Under the pieces are notes generated by a model. It did no database searches, was not told where the DNA came from, and saw only the letters and a program-made list of their open reading frames with translations. A stretch of 64,000 nt of DNA, taken from Lepidodermella squamata. Its lineage: Eukaryota > Animalia > Gastrotricha. The translations under genes were made by a program, and so were the position numbers. The stretch lies in assembly GCA_047495785.1 (NCBI GenBank), contig JBLDXI010000004.1, positions 2,728,001-2,792,000 of the forward strand, given 5' to 3'. Within the stretch, counting starts at the first letter, position 1. Each line of letters begins with the position of its first letter. Positions 1-8,825 of the stretch are shown here, in pieces.

Positions 1-110
1 TCAACGACCCACGTTGTGGTTGAAAACTTGTCCAAATATTACGAGTCATATATCATTCGAAAGCCAGTAAAGTACAGATTAAAAAATTGGGATTGGAATT
101 TCAAGTTTCG
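1..110 (+). repeat. Copy of ~180-bp satellite-like repeat unit (also at 15297-15725)
   Basis: 1-110 matches 15297-15406 in direct orientation (TCAACGACC...GAGTCATAT.TCATTCGAAAGCCAGTAAAGTAC.GATTAAAAAATTGGGA.TGGAATTTCAAGTTTCGC). Confidence 0.85.
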
Positions 111-357
111 CTAACGTTTGTTGCAATCTTACGATACAGTGGCCGTATCCTTCAACTGTCGTGATGTCTTGAACTGTACTATTCCAGCAGCAACATGTCT
201 CTGACAATTGCGCGTTCACGAATGAGGACAAAATTCCGGTGTAAGGGGGGAGTATTCGTGGGAAGACGTGAGCACACCTTACAAAAGAAATGTAGTTTTC
301 CTTTTCTTTAATTCAATTTTTGTCAGAATCTATGCAGGTGTAAATGAGCCGGTTATA

Positions 358-1024
358 TTAAATTACGTATAATTCAGCATGGTTACTGTTATGATATACA
401 AATATAATTGGTAATAATACTGTCACAATTAAGGTGATCTTAGCAGCCTCGTTTTTTATACCCTTGGACTTTGGGGTAGACGACGACCAGCTGGTCGACC
501 AGCTTGTCGACCAACCGGAGCGGGACCACGCGGAAGACGCCCATGCAGTCCATTGACTCTGCAATTTTGCATCGCTCCAAGCGAGCCAAGAAGGTGTGTA
601 GGAGTTCGAAGCCGTAATTCTGGTATCTAACAGCGTTGTTGTAGGGTTGCAAAAGTCGTTGCTATTTGAACACCCTGCGGAACAACAGACACAGAATAAA
701 GCCCATCCAGGGTCATCATAATTTATCTCTTCTGTAACCACAGGATATTTAGTCCGACTTTCTATACATGTTGGTACATAGGTGGCTAGGATGCAATTGT
801 AGGCAAATTTTATTTCGGAGCCTTTCGAAGGTCGCGAGATGGTTACAGAAACCTGCAAGCGTGACATTTAGAAGAAAGCTCTTTAATGAATAACCTATTC
901 TTACAGCGCATTGACCACATCCTCCAACTGTCGTAGCATCTGTAGTCGAGCCGTTCAGGCAACTGAAACCAGAGCTTGTACTTATTGACTGTACAAGAAC
1001 TACCTGTAAGATTATGCAGTACAT
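358..1024 (-). CDS. Secreted/membrane-anchored Cys-rich protein (Ly6/three-finger-like cysteine pattern), intron-containing
   Basis: ORF 749..1024 gives signal-like N-terminus and GCGQCA; a 52-nt GTAAGA...TTGCAG intron joins it in phase 0 to ORF 358..867 (VSVTISR...CVCCSAGCSNSNDFCN), followed by an S/T/W-rich linker and a hydrophobic C-terminus. True start may lie in a further upstream exon. Confidence 0.6.
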
Positions 1025-1323
1025 AATTTCAGTAATATATTTTATCTCACAGCGAAATATTGTTCAAATAGCAAAATGAGCACGGAATGAGAAAGCAACT
1101 TCTGTACTGAGAATCCTGTAGCCAATAGCAACACCATTAGCTACCCTATTCAACCTATTTAACAGGTGAAAAGAATTGATAAGTACGAGTGGGGTACAGC
1201 GGAGTGAAAGTTCCCGGGAAAGCAAGCGAGTGAATGATAGATTAGAAACGCTTCGCCTCTCATTAACAAAATATGAAAAAACATATCATCAATACATTTA
1301 GACCTATTGAGCTCGCCTGCAGT

Positions 1324-1941
1324 TTATTTTTTCCGCTCTAACCTATTTATTTTCTCCAAGAGTTCGCTGCGGAAATTGTTAGGGAAAGTTGACTGAAGCG
1401 ACGTTTTGAGGTTGAATTTCATGTCAATATACTTCTCATGCTCTTTTATTATCAAATTATATTCAGTTTCAGTGATGTTTCCGTCCTCTAAAGCTTTTGC
1501 GATCATATCACCCATTGAGTTCAGCTTTGAAGATGCCAGAGTGCATATGCGTTCGTGCTTTTGAGCTTTATCTTCTAAGGCACTCGCAGTAGCATTCACA
1601 ACTACGCTAAGAACTCCTCCGCCAAGGGCAACTCCTTCGAGAATAACTGCGATAGGAATACCGGCAACAGTAGTAAGGACACTAATCCCACCAATACCCG
1701 TCAAAATTGATACGCCGGTTATACCTGTGTTTAATTTTAAACAGATTTTAGCCAATTTTTTATATTTTCTGTATAGTTTGTACCTCATTTCCATCTCTTT
1801 GTCCAAGAATTCTTTCAGGCGCCGCAGTTCTGAAAGCCTGAATTCTTGCACCGGCGAACTCGGAAATGATAAGCGTGGTGCGGTCGGATAAATATGACTA
1901 TTATCAGCTCGCACGTGAACTTGTGTATCACTGCTATTCAT
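1324..1941 (-). CDS. Adintovirus gasderminX-like membrane protein with N-terminal PTAP motif
   Basis: YPTAP, coiled segment (FRLSELRRLKEFLDKE), two Gly-rich hydrophobic helices, then KHERI...LASSKLNS...KALEDGNITETEY, the pattern of this Polinton accessory family. Confidence 0.7.
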   Translation of the reverse strand: MNSSDTQVHVRADNSHIYPTAPRLSFPSSPVQEFRLSELRRLKEFLDKEMEMRYKLYRKYKKLAKICLKLNTGITGVSILTGIGGISVLTTVAGIPIAVILEGVALGGGVLSVVVNATASALEDKAQKHERICTLASSKLNSMGDMIAKALEDGNITETEYNLIIKEHEKYIDMKFNLKTSLQSTFPNNFRSELLEKINRLERKK

Positions 1942-1947
1942 CGTTTA

Positions 1948-2647
1948 TCAAAAATTAGATATTTTCAAGTAAAATTCAACAGTCATAGGTTTGCTGGAAG
2001 ACATCAAAATGTTGAAAGTGTCACCTTTTTCAAACTGTTCTACGAAAGTACAGTATTCGGCTATATTCCGGATCGCGTCGTAATCGAATGAAAAAGATTT
2101 CGAAATTAGGACACTGCCATTTTTCATGAAATCACAAGTGCAGCCTAATGAAACGCTTCCCCAAATTCTAAACCAAAATTGCATATTAGCCAGGATATTT
2201 TCGAGAAAAGACAATTCATCATTAATTTGAACCAGCAAAGTGTGGGTTATAACCCTGGTTACCACCATTTGCGTACGGCCATCTACATGACTTTCGCCGA
2301 AGCCTGTAAATACCTGCCCGTCAACGTATTGCTTGTTGACTACGTCAAAAAGACCTACAGGGTATGCCACGTTTGTTATTCGACCGCCATTCATGTCGAT
2401 GGTTCTGTCATCAGCATACTTCAAAGGCTTGTACGATTCGATCAGCTGCCTGGATTCATTTTCATTGAGAGTATTTTCTTCAACCCAAGATTTCGATGTT
2501 GCGTCATTGTCGAAAATTTTCAATTTTGAAATTATTTGCGTTTAAATTACTCATAAATGCTTTCTTCCCATCAGCGCGTAGATATAAATCGGATCCATTC
2601 TGACCTCCCGACCATTCGCTAGGAATAAAAATTGAACTAGATTTCAT
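1948..2647 (-). pseudogene. Fibre/spike-like protein (adhesin-neck-like repeats + beta-rich head), frameshifted near 2515
   Basis: ATG at 2647 overlaps the VLTF3 stop (ATGA) and reads MKSSSIF...DLYLRADGKKAFMSNLNANNFKIENF; it shifts into ORF 1948..2523 (DATSKSWVE...IDMNGGRITNVAYP...DVVNKQYVD). Confidence 0.6.
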
Positions 2648-3126
2648 TTCAACTGAGTACTGATTAGATTTAATTTTTCATGCCAACGTAAAATCGCATC
2701 CCTTGAACGGTTCAGAGTGATTTTATTCGCAACGTTTTCGTAACCGAGCTTCAGCGAAACGTACTTAAGCACAAATTCTACGTTGACCATGTTTTTACCA
2801 GGAAATTTCATGGAATAGAGCTTATCTATTTTCTTAAAGTGGGTCATGATGTTATCGAGCTCATACCATTTCAGAACTAGTCCCAATTTTCTGATTTTGG
2901 CCATTAGGTGCCATTTTCGCCTGTAAGGTGGAGAGCGCCTAACCCTTTGATAATAATCTGTAAAAGGATAAACGATAGCACATTTAGGACAAAAATTGAT
3001 GTAAAGATGGTGATCAATTAGCAAAAGTGATGAGCAGAGCTCACATTCTGTTTTCGAATGGCATTTCACACTCTTGTTTTCGATTTCGGCTAGAAGAGAG
3101 AGGCAATATTCGAATTCTTCATCCAT
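2644..3126 (-). CDS. VLTF3-like (poxvirus late transcription factor 3 family) zinc-ribbon protein
   Basis: CELC-x-CPKC ribbon, then PPYRRKWHL and KNMVNVEFVLKY...LG, resembling the YxRxxHF / KNFxNYxYVL motifs of VLTF3. Confidence 0.7.
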   Translation of the reverse strand: MDEEFEYCLSLLAEIENKSVKCHSKTECELCSSLLLIDHHLYINFCPKCAIVYPFTDYYQRVRRSPPYRRKWHLMAKIRKLGLVLKWYELDNIMTHFKKIDKLYSMKFPGKNMVNVEFVLKYVSLKLGYENVANKITLNRSRDAILRWHEKLNLISTQLK

Positions 3127-3148
3127 AATCAGGAAAGCACTTATTACT

Positions 3149-3292
3149 TTAGGCTCTAAGTGCTTTCATAAATTGGCTCTTCTTAGAGCCGCAAATTTGA
3201 CAATTGCTTACTATAATTACTCGCTTGTTTTCCGTACCTTTTCTTTGTTCGTTCAAATTTTCAGTATGCGTCTTGCACTTCAAACAGTACAT
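3149..3292 (-). CDS. Small zinc-ribbon protein (DUF5679-like), 47 aa, not in ORF track
   Basis: Hand translation: MYCLKCKTHTENLNEQRKGTENKRVIIVSNCQICGSKKSQFMKALRA*; CxxC...CxxCG; preceded by a TCTA motif. Confidence 0.75.
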   Translation of the reverse strand: MYCLKCKTHTENLNEQRKGTENKRVIIVSNCQICGSKKSQFMKALRA

Positions 3293-3298
3293 ATTTTG

Positions 3299-3750
3299 CT
3301 AAAACATTAGATCTTTCAGCCTGTTATCATTCATAATGGACGCATCATTCGTGAAATCGAGGAGAATTTCCAGCTTATTGCGTTTTTTCGCCAGCTCAGA
3401 CAAGAAGTAAACTACGTAAAAGCCGCATGCCACACTTTTTGTGTGCTGAATTTCATGAGTGGAATACCATGAATGTCGCGATTACTTCGCCTCTCAATGA
3501 CTTCATTAGGGCAAATGAAGCCAAAGCTGTCGAAATAAATTATTTCCCTTTCAGTTACCTGCATTCCTACCCAATGCGTTCCCCCTCCAAAATCATCCAA
3601 GTTGATTACATAGTATCCATTTATCAAATTTAGGGGCAAGAGATGCCTAGGGTAACATCCGTTGTACTTCTTCCCAACTCTCGAGTACATCATTTTGTCA
3701 ATTTCCGAATTCGAAAGTGGGAAGAAACGCCCTAGTTTTTTGACTCCCAT
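3299..3750 (-). pseudogene. Adenain-like (Ulp1 clan) maturation cysteine protease, frameshifted near 3470
   Basis: INLDD..GGTHWV, YFDSFG in the first frame; the alternate frame continues WYSTHEIQHTKSVACGFYVVYFL...DLMF* (catalytic H, D, Q, C all present). Confidence 0.9.
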
Positions 3751-4361
3751 GGCAAATAAACCCCACTTCCCTGATTCGCCTTGAACAATGTGGGTAAAAA
3801 TGTCCCTAGCAGGCTAGCAACTAGTGGGACGACGAATGAGCCTCCCTTTTGCTCAATATCGCGATCAATCGAAAGTTTGCTGCCCAGTGGCAATAAATTC
3901 TTATTTTCTAACATATCAACCATTCTGACTAGTTCATTCAAATCATGTTTGGGAACTGATAGTTGTATGGCGGTCTCGTTTACGCCCTTCCCCGCTAATT
4001 TGTTACTGATCGCGTTGGTTGCGCCATTTATCAGCCCTGATACAGCACTTAGGGCTAGTGGTGCAGCAATCGTTGCGGCTTTCGCAAGTATGGGCAGGAG
4101 GGGGAGTAGCCCGCCCGATTGATTTTTCTTCAGTTGTGATAAACTAAGCTTCAATTGAACACCGGTATCATTAGCCTTGTGCTTCTCTACTTTGTTTATT
4201 TGAGTTTGAGTAAGCATCAACTTTCGTAAATTGTCCTTCTGACTAATGACCTGTTTGCTGAATTTCAGTGTTATGGATTTTTTGTTCTTTACTGCGCTCT
4301 GAAGTTTCTCAAGCTGACCATCTGTCAGAGGCAACTCGTATTCGAAATACTTATGGCTCAT
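3732..4361 (-). CDS. Putative virion core/membrane-lytic protein with adenain cleavage sites
   Basis: Basic N-half; QSGG|LLPLLPILAKAA, QKGG|SFVVPLVASLLG and GSG|VYLPW: Gly-Gly sites followed by amphipathic segments. Confidence 0.65.
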   Translation of the reverse strand: MSHKYFEYELPLTDGQLEKLQSAVKNKKSITLKFSKQVISQKDNLRKLMLTQTQINKVEKHKANDTGVQLKLSLSQLKKNQSGGLLPLLPILAKAATIAAPLALSAVSGLINGATNAISNKLAGKGVNETAIQLSVPKHDLNELVRMVDMLENKNLLPLGSKLSIDRDIEQKGGSFVVPLVASLLGTFLPTLFKANQGSGVYLPWESKN

Positions 4362-4386
4362 TTACCGCTAGATTAGAAATTTTTCA

Positions 4387-5766
4387 TTATACGCTGGTAA
4401 GACTGATGTCAACAGAGTCATGCTTGTAGTTGAAGCATATCTCCTTTTCCCTTTCAATGAACGAATAAATCAAAAGAGGCTTATTTACCGCACCGACCGT
4501 CGCTTTGAATACTACGGAAACAGTGTTGTCTGCTCGAGAATTGTAAATGGAAGTAGCATCTACGTCGTCCAAGCAAAAGCAAAGAATTCTGTACAAGTTG
4601 CAGAATTCCATGTACGAAATCTGACATCCTGTATTCAGACTTTCCCTATCGCTGTTCTGATGCATATTCTGTTTTATGTAATTGTATAACCGGTGAGCTT
4701 TCAGCTTGGCAAAAGAAACATTGGATTCATTAAAGGCTTCTTTGTTATTAATCAAAAGGGAATATGAAGTAACGTTCCACGCGTTATATATCTGCGTGAG
4801 TTTCTTCGGATATTCCTCGTCTGAGTAATCGGGGCAAAGAACAATATACACCCAATTTGGTTTCCTTATTTCAGTGCTGATTGTGTACTGAATATTCGTG
4901 GTATTTGCAGCAAACTGGCTGGACTGATACGGATCGATTGATATCCATTTATGAATTTTCGTGAATCCCTCGTTGAACTTTTTCATTATCGAAAGTTTCT
5001 GTTGGTTCATTAGTGTTACCTCTGGGATGTACATATTAGCCCGATTGAAATGATAGGTTAACCCTTCAGGTGTACCTGTATCAGCCGCAGTAATCACATA
5101 CACCAAAGGCCGATTATAGTTCGGAGTGAGAATGATCCTAAATCGAGACTTAGTGAAAATTCCATGATACGAATTGAAAAAGGGCAAATCTTTCAGATAT
5201 AAAGTGACGGTGGCCTCAGTAGATTTGACATAGCTGCTTCGCGTTATCAAACCCTTGTTAGCTGCAGCTTTCGATGCATCGAAAGTGTCAGCCGACACAT
5301 CAGCAATTAGCGTTGTGCTTCCTAAAGCCAACGGACAGTCTTTCGAAAACAACACTTCTTCCCCTAAACTATTGGCGTAATCAGAACTCCATTTCAAAAG
5401 AAAATTGATGTTCGCCCAATGTTCGAGGAACCTCAGCTCCTCGATTTTGTGATCTGAATCCGATATTTGAACTTCAATATTGTCAAACAGGCTCAACACG
5501 TGATTCCGAATGGCATACTTGTCAGTATTCACGAACGCGGCTCCATTCTTCCTTTTAATTTGCAAATTAAACTCCAAGTACCCCTCTCTGACTAGTAAAT
5601 AATTGTCTTTTAGGTTGTAGCTGGAAAATATTAATTTCGAGGGTTGTGAATTTTGATCTTGAGTGAAATTCTGTGCTGGCGTTTCCGTCCATGTCTTTTT
5701 CTCAAAGACCCGATCTTGAATTTCAGTAGTCTCGAAGAGGTTATTGACGATCTCTTGTTGAAGCAT
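4387..5766 (-). CDS. Major capsid protein (double jelly-roll, hexon-like)
   Basis: 459-aa intact beta-rich ORF in the morphogenesis block; SLFDNIEVQI...IE, KPNWVYIV and FCNLYRILCFCL segments typical of Polinton MCP. Confidence 0.8.
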   Translation of the reverse strand: MLQQEIVNNLFETTEIQDRVFEKKTWTETPAQNFTQDQNSQPSKLIFSSYNLKDNYLLVREGYLEFNLQIKRKNGAAFVNTDKYAIRNHVLSLFDNIEVQISDSDHKIEELRFLEHWANINFLLKWSSDYANSLGEEVLFSKDCPLALGSTTLIADVSADTFDASKAAANKGLITRSSYVKSTEATVTLYLKDLPFFNSYHGIFTKSRFRIILTPNYNRPLVYVITAADTGTPEGLTYHFNRANMYIPEVTLMNQQKLSIMKKFNEGFTKIHKWISIDPYQSSQFAANTTNIQYTISTEIRKPNWVYIVLCPDYSDEEYPKKLTQIYNAWNVTSYSLLINNKEAFNESNVSFAKLKAHRLYNYIKQNMHQNSDRESLNTGCQISYMEFCNLYRILCFCLDDVDATSIYNSRADNTVSVVFKATVGAVNKPLLIYSFIEREKEICFNYKHDSVDISLTSV

Positions 5767-5780
5767 AATTTACCAAAGGA

Positions 5781-6083
5781 TTAGATTTTTTTAAATCCAG
5801 AGCCTGAGTATGAATTTATATTATTTTTAATTTTGCGCTCGAGCTCCTCTATGGCTTTAAGATTAGCTGTGTCAGAGCTAGGCAGCACTTTTTCAGTCAA
5901 TTTTGTTGCTACGAAACTTCCCACTTTATCTCCTGCAGCTTCTGACCCAGTTTTCAGCGCTGCTTTGACAAAATTTTGAGCTGGTTCAGTTGATGCTGCT
6001 ATTATTTTGGATAAAATGTTTCTACCAACATCGACGAATCCTCGACCAGAAATGTAAACGCGCTTTCTTTTTCGATTATTCAT
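5781..6083 (-). CDS. Small basic virion protein with GRG/GSG cleavage motifs and amphipathic helix
   Basis: RKRKR NLS-like, SGRG|FVDVGRNILSKII, C-terminal GSG|FKKI; lies between penton and MCP. Confidence 0.6.
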   Translation of the reverse strand: MNNRKRKRVYISGRGFVDVGRNILSKIIAASTEPAQNFVKAALKTGSEAAGDKVGSFVATKLTEKVLPSSDTANLKAIEELERKIKNNINSYSGSGFKKI

Positions 6084-6858
6084 AATTCAGCATTAACTTA
6101 ATATCTATACCTATCCCCCATCTATTTTCCACAAAGTAAATCTCGTTTCCTTCTTGATTAGTAAGCCAAATTCGAATATTTTGCGTATTCGCGTTTGTGC
6201 ACACTAGGAACCTTTTCTCGTTCGGAATGTAGTTGACGTGTTCCCCAAATTTTTTGTTGATAGGGCATGTAAAAATCACCGTGTTGTATTCGGGGATTAC
6301 GCTATTATTAACCACGGAACAAAGAACAAACATTCACAAATGAACAAACAATGTATCCAACCCCATAGTCACATCAGGGACGTTTTGGGAATTGAAATCG
6401 CGCTCATATGAGCCTATGTTGACCCCGAGAAACCGGGCCATAGCTTCAGTTTCTACTATCAAAGAATAATTTTCTAAAATCCTCACACTTACGCAACTGA
6501 AAACGGTGTTGACACTTATATTTATGCCAAAAATTTCTACTCCTCTTGCGTTGTCAACAGTGAAATGGCCGTTCAACTTCATCTGAAAATGCAAGTAATT
6601 GTTAAAATCTTGAAAGGTGTAAGTCCCATCGGGGAAAACCACTTCGTAAATATCGTCATTTAGCGAGTATTCCAATATATTATTACCATAACGAGCAGAA
6701 ACGTTGTGAAACGTATCCCTGAAATGAATATAACTAACTGCAATTCGTCTTCCAGTGAAGTCTATTTTATCATTGAGGTATCGGTCGATGGTGTTATTTC
6801 GAGAACTTCGATTATTTGAAAGATACTCTAGTGGTAAGAAAATCGGGCTCAGACTCAT
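6076..6858 (-). pseudogene. Minor capsid protein (penton), split by an in-frame 18-nt insertion carrying a stop
   Basis: ORFs 6334..6858 and 6076..6333 are in the same frame; FHNVS..YGNN, FPDGTYT..DFNNY and IRIWLTNQEG..IYF motifs; junction TGTTTGTTC-ATTTGTGAA-TGTTTGTTC. Confidence 0.8.
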
Positions 6859-6882
6859 TTTTATTTGAAACTAGATAATTCC

Positions 6883-8046
6883 CTATATGCTACACACAGT
6901 TTTATATTCTTCCTTTGTTATTTTACCATGCTTCAGCAACAAGTCCGCTATAGACATTAATTCGTTCCTAATTGCTTCATTGTTATTTCCTGCTCTAATT
7001 TCTCCCAAACAGTGCAGCATACGCCTTTGCGCATCCTGCAATGTCACAAAAAGCGCAGAACCAGACTGCTTAGAAATGACGAGTTCAGATTTTACACCGG
7101 AGTGAGGTTTCGGTTTGTATCCGGTCCTGCGACAAATGTCTTGAAAATGAGACAAATCTTCTTGGGTGTATTTGTACTTTTTCGGTTCATATCGCTTCAA
7201 AATGAGATTTCTCACGCCATCAGAAATTTGCTCATCAAACACTCTGCCTTGATTCTTTTTTCTGACCCGGAGCCACCCATCATGTAAATCTTCCTTGCGT
7301 ACATAATATCTCCCAAACTTCTGGAGAGTTTTCGGGGTTGGTTTGGTGAAACCCTCACCTAGCTGCTTGCTTTTTAATTTTTCGCGATAGTCCCTCAGAA
7401 CTGCAATGTCTCGCTTAATTCTATTATAGTCATCTGAATCTCTTTTCCCTGCTCGAGTCAGATTAGAGAGCTTAACCCCTAAGACCTGTCTGTTGTATGT
7501 GGCCAAACTTACCACGGCTTCTTCTATGTCTTCTTGTTTAATTTGTTCAATTGTAGGGAAATTATGCTGACGGATGACAGCGTTCATTTCTTCTGTGTCA
7601 TATGTCCCTTCTTGAGCATCCTCATTCTCCCTCGATGAGTCAGAATCAGAATCTTTTTCACTTTCATCAGTTTCTGAATTTCGCGAAGAGGCTAACCTAC
7701 TTTTTTCAGGGCTCTCATACTCAAGCTTGGGGATTTTTAAAGCTACAGGAGATGCGGAAGCAGAGATAGATGGAGTGCTGTGCTTAACTATTGGTGGTTT
7801 CTTTTTAACAACTAATTCCTTGATCGAATTTTGCAAATTACGTATTGCATCGGTGGTTGGTCGTTGGTTGATAGCTGTTTGAATGGCTGTTAGTGGACTG
7901 GGTTCGGTTTCCACCCCAAATTTGTGCTTGAGCGCATAAGAATCGCGACTTGCAAGCGCGAGGTTTTTATCATACAACTTCTCTTCTCTATCTAATTGCT
8001 CCAAAATTTTTATTTGTTCGGTGATTGAGAGTTCTTTGATCGGCAT
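6883..8046 (-). CDS. Conserved Polinton protein of unknown function
   Basis: 387-aa ORF; GEG|F and SGS motifs; C-terminal LGEIRAGNNN..RNEL..IAD.LLK.GKI pattern seen in Polinton accessory ORFs. Confidence 0.6.
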   Translation of the reverse strand: MPIKELSITEQIKILEQLDREEKLYDKNLALASRDSYALKHKFGVETEPSPLTAIQTAINQRPTTDAIRNLQNSIKELVVKKKPPIVKHSTPSISASASPVALKIPKLEYESPEKSRLASSRNSETDESEKDSDSDSSRENEDAQEGTYDTEEMNAVIRQHNFPTIEQIKQEDIEEAVVSLATYNRQVLGVKLSNLTRAGKRDSDDYNRIKRDIAVLRDYREKLKSKQLGEGFTKPTPKTLQKFGRYYVRKEDLHDGWLRVRKKNQGRVFDEQISDGVRNLILKRYEPKKYKYTQEDLSHFQDICRRTGYKPKPHSGVKSELVISKQSGSALFVTLQDAQRRMLHCLGEIRAGNNNEAIRNELMSIADLLLKHGKITKEEYKTVCSI

Positions 8047-8779
8047 TTGAATTACGACTAGATTTTACGTACCGAGGTTCGCCGTAAAATATTCCTGTAT
8101 AATTTGCCCTTAGTTTCAACGACTTGTGTTTTATTACGCTGTCAATAATAAAAGACCCGTGATTTTTATACGACGAAACGCTCAGTTCGTACTTTTTCAT
8201 GAATTCATCCTTTCCGATTTCTCCAGCGTGAATTCTGTGAATTGTCTGAAGTTCCCGTCCGTCAGTCAGCTTTTTCAAAACGATAAACTGCGCATTGTCA
8301 CGGATTATTTTGGGAATTTTAAAATATGACTGGCTCAAATAAGCCACGGAGCAATTGTACTTTCGCGACCTAATAAACAAATCGCCAATGTATTTCTCTT
8401 GGCTCTTAGCATTTTCCAGGCAAATATCATCAAAGACATACAAGTGCTGATACTTCTTGTCGAGCTTATCAAGGGGCACGACATCCGCTATATCTGTGGA
8501 AAAGTGGATGAGTGATTCGTTTATCCCTTTCATTTTCAACTCGGCTTCTTTAGCTTTCTGCAAATTTATCAAGAACTGGTATTTGTCTTCATCCAAAGTT
8601 TTAGAGTAAAGGAACAGCTTATGAAAAACCGAATTATGAATGATATTGAGCAAATCATTAGTTTTACCGGTATTGCTTGGACCGATAATAATTGCTCGGA
8701 AACAATGCTGCGGGTAAAAAGGAGAGATATTTAGCGGCGAATACTCGCTTTTTGGGATTATTGAATCAAAATTGATCAT
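7988..8779 (-). CDS. A32/FtsK-like DNA packaging ATPase
   Basis: Walker A GPSNTGKT, Walker B LYVFDD, RSRKYNCSVAYLSQSYF..PK.IRDN signature. Confidence 0.93.
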   Translation of the reverse strand: MINFDSIIPKSEYSPLNISPFYPQHCFRAIIIGPSNTGKTNDLLNIIHNSVFHKLFLYSKTLDEDKYQFLINLQKAKEAELKMKGINESLIHFSTDIADVVPLDKLDKKYQHLYVFDDICLENAKSQEKYIGDLFIRSRKYNCSVAYLSQSYFKIPKIIRDNAQFIVLKKLTDGRELQTIHRIHAGEIGKDEFMKKYELSVSSYKNHGSFIIDSVIKHKSLKLRANYTGIFYGEPRYVKSSRNSNADQRTLNHRTNKNFGAIR

Positions 8780-8790
8780 TTACATTCCAG

Positions 8791-8804
8791 TTAGAAATTT
8801 CTAA
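8791..8804. promoter_or_regulatory. Palindromic bidirectional late-promoter-like element TTAGAAATTTCTAA
   Basis: Perfect 14-bp palindrome between divergent ATPase (ATG 8779) and PLA2-integrase (ATG 8826), giving TCTA on both strands. Confidence 0.65.
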
Positions 8805-8825
8805 TGCTGTTATAAACATTGTGAA

